Assembly: GCA_040954595.2 (NCBI GenBank)
Contig: CM082590.2
Location: 6,944,001 to 7,008,000, forward strand
Origin: Balanoglossus misakiensis
Lineage: Eukaryota; Animalia; Hemichordata
Direction: 5' to 3'
DNA: 64,000 bases
Shown: positions 58,733 through 64,000 of the stretch, piece by piece
Layout of the letters: each line of letters starts with the position of its first letter
Numbering within the stretch: the stretch's first letter is position 1
Translations under genes and position numbers: made by a program
Notes under the pieces: model-generated
Databases searched by the model: none
What the model was told of the DNA's origin: nothing
The model's input: the letters and a program-made list of their open reading frames with translations, nothing else

Positions 58733-61700
58733 ATGAAGCCCACGTAAGTATAAGGAAGAGTATTTTGACTAGTTTTTACCATGAAATAAGGCCGATCGCG
58801 ACGATCGCAGCGTTGGTTTAGTGGTCATTTTCAATGATTGAATGAATTTCTTTACCAGGCGGGGCAAGACTCCTAAGAAAACGCCGAGAAAACCACAAAA
58901 CAATGTGAAAGATCCGGTCGAGGTGAGTTCTGTATAATAACAGTTTCATTATAATTCCCCGATTGTTCTTGTGATCGTTGAAAACAGAATTGTACGGCGT
59001 TTATTCACTCTGATCATCGGCGATATTGACAATGACAGTACTGTTGTGAAATCAACTCGTTGGAATGCGGCGGACAATCGGCGCCGCGTCCATCGATGAT
59101 TTTAACTCTTTTACTGGAACTGCGATTCAAACACATATCATGTCTTTCCCTCTGTCTAATTCCAGTCTGCAAATTGCCCGATTTCCCAACAACAACGTCC
59201 GCGATCGCACTGAGGTCATTGTTTGGGTCTCATTTCGAATATGCTAATGCATGTAGATGAGATACCCTACAAATTTCAATGCGAAGCGACTGATAAACAA
59301 AAGAGCAAATGAAATTGATTTGCTGTTAGGTCAGTTTGGTAAAAAAAAATCACCAATATAACGTGATGAAAATCCAACAAATGTCACTGAATCAATCATT
59401 ATGTAAACTCACAAGTAACGTCAAGATCATGGATACATACATACATGATACAGAAATTTACATTTAGTAATGTCATAAACAGATAAATTCTTCAAAATTT
59501 ATTAATTGCTGACCAATGACAATTTGCATGCTGACAAAACCCTGGGTATACTAATACTCTCGAATCCTCTTAAGGGGACAAAGTCTCTCTCTCGCTGCCT
59601 CCCCCCCCCCCCCCCTATTAATTGTGTTTGATCCAAGACACCGTTTATGTTATTCTACATGTGGATATAGTGAATCAACAATCGACCACACACAACATAG
59701 GGAACAATTGGCTTAAACCTAATCTAGGTAGTAAAGGACTGATGTTAATCACCCAGATAATGCTTAGGCTCTAGGCTTGACCTGTTTGACAAGATTATTT
59801 GTATTCACCAGGTCTACTGTCGTCTCCGACCGAAAGATGAAGATGATGGCGAAAACTGTGTGGAGGTAATGAACAGCAATACAGTACAGCTGAGACCTCC
59901 ACAGTGTTCGACCGCCTACAAGAGCGGGCAGTACAAAGAGACACAGTACAAGTACAAATTTGTCTTTGCTGAGGACACATCGCAGAAAGCGCTCTTTGAT
60001 CACGTCGCCTATCCACTGGTTGAAGATCTACTGCATGGTAAAAACGGTGAGTGCAGTTCTAGTACATATTGTTGTGTTGTCTCTTATCAGAGAGAGAAAT
60101 GAAAGATTTTCACTATGATTGGCGGAGGTAAGCTTAGCAGATCATTTTGCATCTGTAAATGGTTATCAATTTGATTCCACACGTTAAAGGGACAAAGTCT
60201 CTCTCTCGTTGGCCATTTCCATTACCGTAATTATGTTTGATACAAGACACTGTTTATGTTATTCTACATGTGGATATATAGTGAATCAATGTTCAACCAT
60301 ACACAACTTCCATCCTGTTTGTAAGATATGAGAGTAAAAATTTCGCCAAAATGAATAAACGGTAGAGAACGTTTATTGATTTTGGCAAGTTTTTCACTCT
60401 TGTGGAAGTGTCTACAAGTGGGATGGAAGGTGTGTGTGGTCGAACGTTGATTCACTTTATATCCACATGTACATTAACATAAATGGTGTCTTATATCAAA
60501 CATAATTAGTTAAAAAAAGGCAGCTAAATAGAGAGACTTTGTCCCCTTAAACATCAACTTATGAAATGTCCCATTTATGTCATGCAGGTCTATTGTTCAC
60601 CTATGGAGTGACTGGATCTGGAAAGACACACACAGTAACAGGTACTCCACAAGATGGCGGCTTGTTGCCAAGGTGTCTGGATGTTCTCTTCAACAGTATT
60701 ACTGATGTGCAGGCCAAGAAATATGTGAGTGATTTAACATCTTTTGTTTGCCCCCAAAATGCTTGCAAAAATCTTCCATTAAAGGGACAAAGTCTCTCTC
60801 TCGCTGCCCTTTTTTAATTAATCATCTTTGATACGAGACACCGTTTATATTATTCTACATGTGGATATATAGTGAATCAACGTTTGACCACACACAACTT
60901 GTAGACACAAGAGTGAACACCTCGCCAAAATGAATAATCGGTGTTTACCATTTATTCATTTGGCGAGATTTTACTCTTATATCCTCCGAATGTTAAAGGT
61001 ATACAGACACCATTACATATGCCTATATATGGTCAAAAGGGTGTGTCCTAAGTGTTTGGATGCAAATGGATGCAAATTTTTGTGTGTGCCACCCACTGAA
61101 AATCTGTGATTGGCTATATCTGAATTCACCATGGTAACTGGCTAAGTTTGCTAGTGACTGTATACCTTTAATTGTTATGATCAAGAGCGTAGGATGAAAC
61201 ATAGTAAACTTAAAATGTAAATGAGAAGACATTTTGCTGGTTGTAGCAGTTACAAGGGATTTCATTTAAGCGGCTCGAAACACTGATAAGAACTCCAATG
61301 TAAATGGCTAGAGTAAACTGAGATTGTTATGCTAAAGTCGGCCTCTTTGGTTACTTCGTTTTGATCATTAGAACTGATTAGAGCAGTTCTGTATCAACAC
61401 CCTCTGGGGGGGGGGGGTGTCCTGCTTCGAACATGTCTAAAACACATGTTTAACTGAGAGGGGCAACAGGACATGTTGATACAGAGCTATGTAATCAGTT
61501 ATAATGATCATTGCAAATGTAACCAGATGCCAACTCATTCATAAAGTCTTTGTTTACTCTGGCTAATTATATTGGAGTTCTTATCGGTGTTTCGAGCTGC
61601 TCAAGCGATAGGCGTTGTATAGTTTTTTCTGAGAATATTACTACCTTCATAATAATTATGTTGTTTGTACTTGCAGGTGTTCAGACCGGACAAAATGAAT

Positions 61701-63006
61701 GGCTTTGACGTACAGACTGAGACGGACGCCATGGTGGAGAGACAGAAACGAGATCTGTTGATCCTTCATCCACCGTCAACTCCATCCACACCATCAACGC
61801 CTAGATCAAGGTAATTTAACTAAAGCCCTGTTCTTTACTATCAATCAAGTGATGTGTCCCACGGCGTTGTCATTTCCAGATGACGGGCAAGCAATATTTG
61901 GGCATCCAGTAAAAGTTTTACCGAGTATTATTTTTACGAACCGCCAGACACGTAACATGTATCAGGTATGGTGCCTCATCAGCCTCATGGCGTTTCGTCT
62001 GCATGTAGTCTTTGTCTGCACCACGTTGTTGAAGTTGCCCGTCATTTGGAAATTTGAATGCGAACGTAACTGCCGCCTGAGCGCATCTGACGTCATTTGA
62101 TATCGAAGAATAAGCTGCTAATTTCTGGAAGACACGATTAACCCTAACGCTGATTTCCAGGGTGTCTAGAATCCTGGCTCCCAGTCCTGTTAGACTGCCA
62201 AGTGCGTGTTAATCAGTACGGCCTATACAAGACCCTTAACCCTAACACTGCCAAGTCGGTTGAAACTGGTTTGATTTCCAGGATGCCTAGAATCCTGGCT
62301 CCCAGGCCTGTTAGACTGCCAAGTGCGTGTTAATCAGTACGGCCTATACAAGACCCTTAACCCTAACACTGCCAAGTCGGTTGAAACTGGTTTGATTTCC
62401 AGGATGCCTAGAATCCTGGCTCCCAGGCCTGTTAGACTGCCAAGTGCGTGTTAATCAGTAGGGCCTATACAAGACCCTTAACCCTAACGCTGCCAAGTCA
62501 GTTGAAACTGGTTTGATTTCCAGGGTGCCAAGAATCCTGGCTCCCAGGCCTGTTAGACTGCCAAGTGCGTGTTAATCAGTAGGGCCTATACAAGACCCTC
62601 AGACCAATACAGTGCAAACCAGTGCGATTTGGTACATTTTACAGGGGGCTCAGACTGCCAAGTGTGTCTAAGTACGTACGAGAGCCATGTCAAGACAGTC
62701 AAAATATGTTTTAGAACAAAAAGTGGCAAATAACGTATTTTAAGGGACTTGACACTCTAAACAAGTATGACATCCAGAACTCAGCATTAAAGTATGTTAT
62801 TAAAAAATACAGGGATTAAACTCATTTTTAAATATTCTCAGGGCTCGCTACAAGGAGGAGATGGTAGCTCGAGTTCCGGACACAACGACCGTGGACTCTG
62901 TAGACGAAGACAACAACTACGCCATCTTTGTGTCGTACGTCGAGATCTACAACAACTACGTCTATGACCTGTTAGAGGAAAGCCCGATAGACAATATCAA
63001 CCCAAG
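58733..63006 (+). CDS. KIF23: Kinesin-6 KIF23/MKLP1 (ZEN-4/Pavarotti ortholog), first six exons; gene continues beyond the window
   Basis: Exons 58733-58743, 58859-58922, 59812-60046, 60588-60724, 61677-61810, 62842-63006 give [93 protein letters not shown], the recognisable KIF23 motor domain with its P-loop. Confidence 0.93.
60188..60546. mobile_element. MITE family A copy in KIF23 intron 3
   Basis: Same TIRs, TTAA flanks. Confidence 0.85.
61266..61606. repeat. About 340-bp imperfect palindrome (foldback/MITE) in KIF23 intron 4
   Basis: GCTCGAAACACTGATAAGAACTCCAAT ... ATTGGAGTTCTTATCGGTGTTTCGAGC, with further pairing inward. Confidence 0.7.
62142..62790. mobile_element. Family B MITE (opposite orientation) with about four tandem 121-bp terminal units, in KIF23 intron 5
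   Basis: TTAACCCTAAC..GCCTATACAAGACCC repeats at about 62138, 62236, 62357 and 62478; the remainder is the reverse complement of about 46100-46250. Confidence 0.8.
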
Positions 63007-64000
63007 GTGAGAATTGATACTTGACCCTATCACTACAATGGTTCAGTCCAAATCTATTGTTTTCTATGGTACGGTTGGACCACTGAAGAGAAAACTGGGG
63101 GTGGAAGGGTTAAAGAAACACCCGCCCCCATCACTCCTGAAGATATATTTAGTCACATGAGTCGAATCCAGAAAATATGCTTTCCATTGATTTTAATAAT
63201 GGTATTCAAGTTTTGTATGAAAACACTAATTTACACAGTCATCAGTATATAGTCAAAATATTTGTCAGATTTTCAAAAAAAAAAATTTTGTAGGCTTCAT
63301 GAAGTTCACATATTCTACCATATTCCCTTTTTACCATTTTCATTTTTCATATAAATATCAGCTAAATGTGTATATATGCTTTGAACATAGAACCACCAAC
63401 TTCTAAAACCAAATTTTGAAAAAATGCATATATAATGGATTATCACTACATGTATTTAGCTACACTGAGATAGCAGCCTTTGATACAAATATTACTTATC
63501 TTTTTATGAGTGAAATTCACACAATTTTCCCCCTTTTCTTCTTGAAATGCTGACAGGTTTAGGACAGGTTTTCAAGACTACGTAGACACGTAGGTTTTTG
63601 TTGTTTTTTGTGGAATGCATTGTCAACTTTGCTTTCACTGTGTGCTCCCTGACTCTAGTGCTTTCTGCTATCTCACGAGCTGCATGTGACCTTTGACCTG
63701 TGCTTTGTGCCAAAAAAAATCCTCTATCCCACAATGCAAGAGCAGTTGCTCAGAATAGGCTATTTTCATGACCGGTATTGCTGCTTCTAATTGCCCCTAA
63801 TTTTTTTTAACTCACTGAGCTGCTTATGTGCTTTTATCAAACAAATTTAAGGACTTGTATTATTTTTTCCTGGGCCTGGGCATCTATCTCTGTGCAACTT
63901 TGGCACCCTGTATATCTGCCAACAAAAATAAATTTGAATTGGGACAAGTAACAAAGGAAGAAAACCAACTGGAAAGATAGTTGTACAAAGAGATGTTTCC

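Overview
Eukaryotic (metazoan, probably marine invertebrate deuterostome-type) genomic DNA: AT-rich, with GT-AG introns, microsatellites and many MITEs. Positions 1-37.6 kb hold a head-to-tail array (unit about 4.6-5.3 kb) of seven intact genes, each with a single coding exon, encoding TRIM-NHL proteins (RING, 2 B-boxes, coiled coil, filamin, 6 NHL blades); the window opens in the 3' spacer of a further copy. The RING end is essentially invariant between copies, but about 12 short codon patches on one face of the NHL propeller are hypervariable, vary mostly at codon positions 1-2, and are shuffled among copies. This looks like a diversifying ligand-recognition E3-ligase repertoire. The array is interrupted and ended by two duplicated, truncated fragments of a TRHDE-like M1 peptidase gene (minus strand), and carries an inverted orphan NHL fragment with microhomology junctions. 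To the right are a 15-coding-exon minus-strand gene for an about 995-aa protein (N-terminal MGCSSS, LRRs, RRM-like C-terminus) and, head-to-head with it, the first six exons of KIF23 (MKLP1). All alignments and exon models were done by eye.
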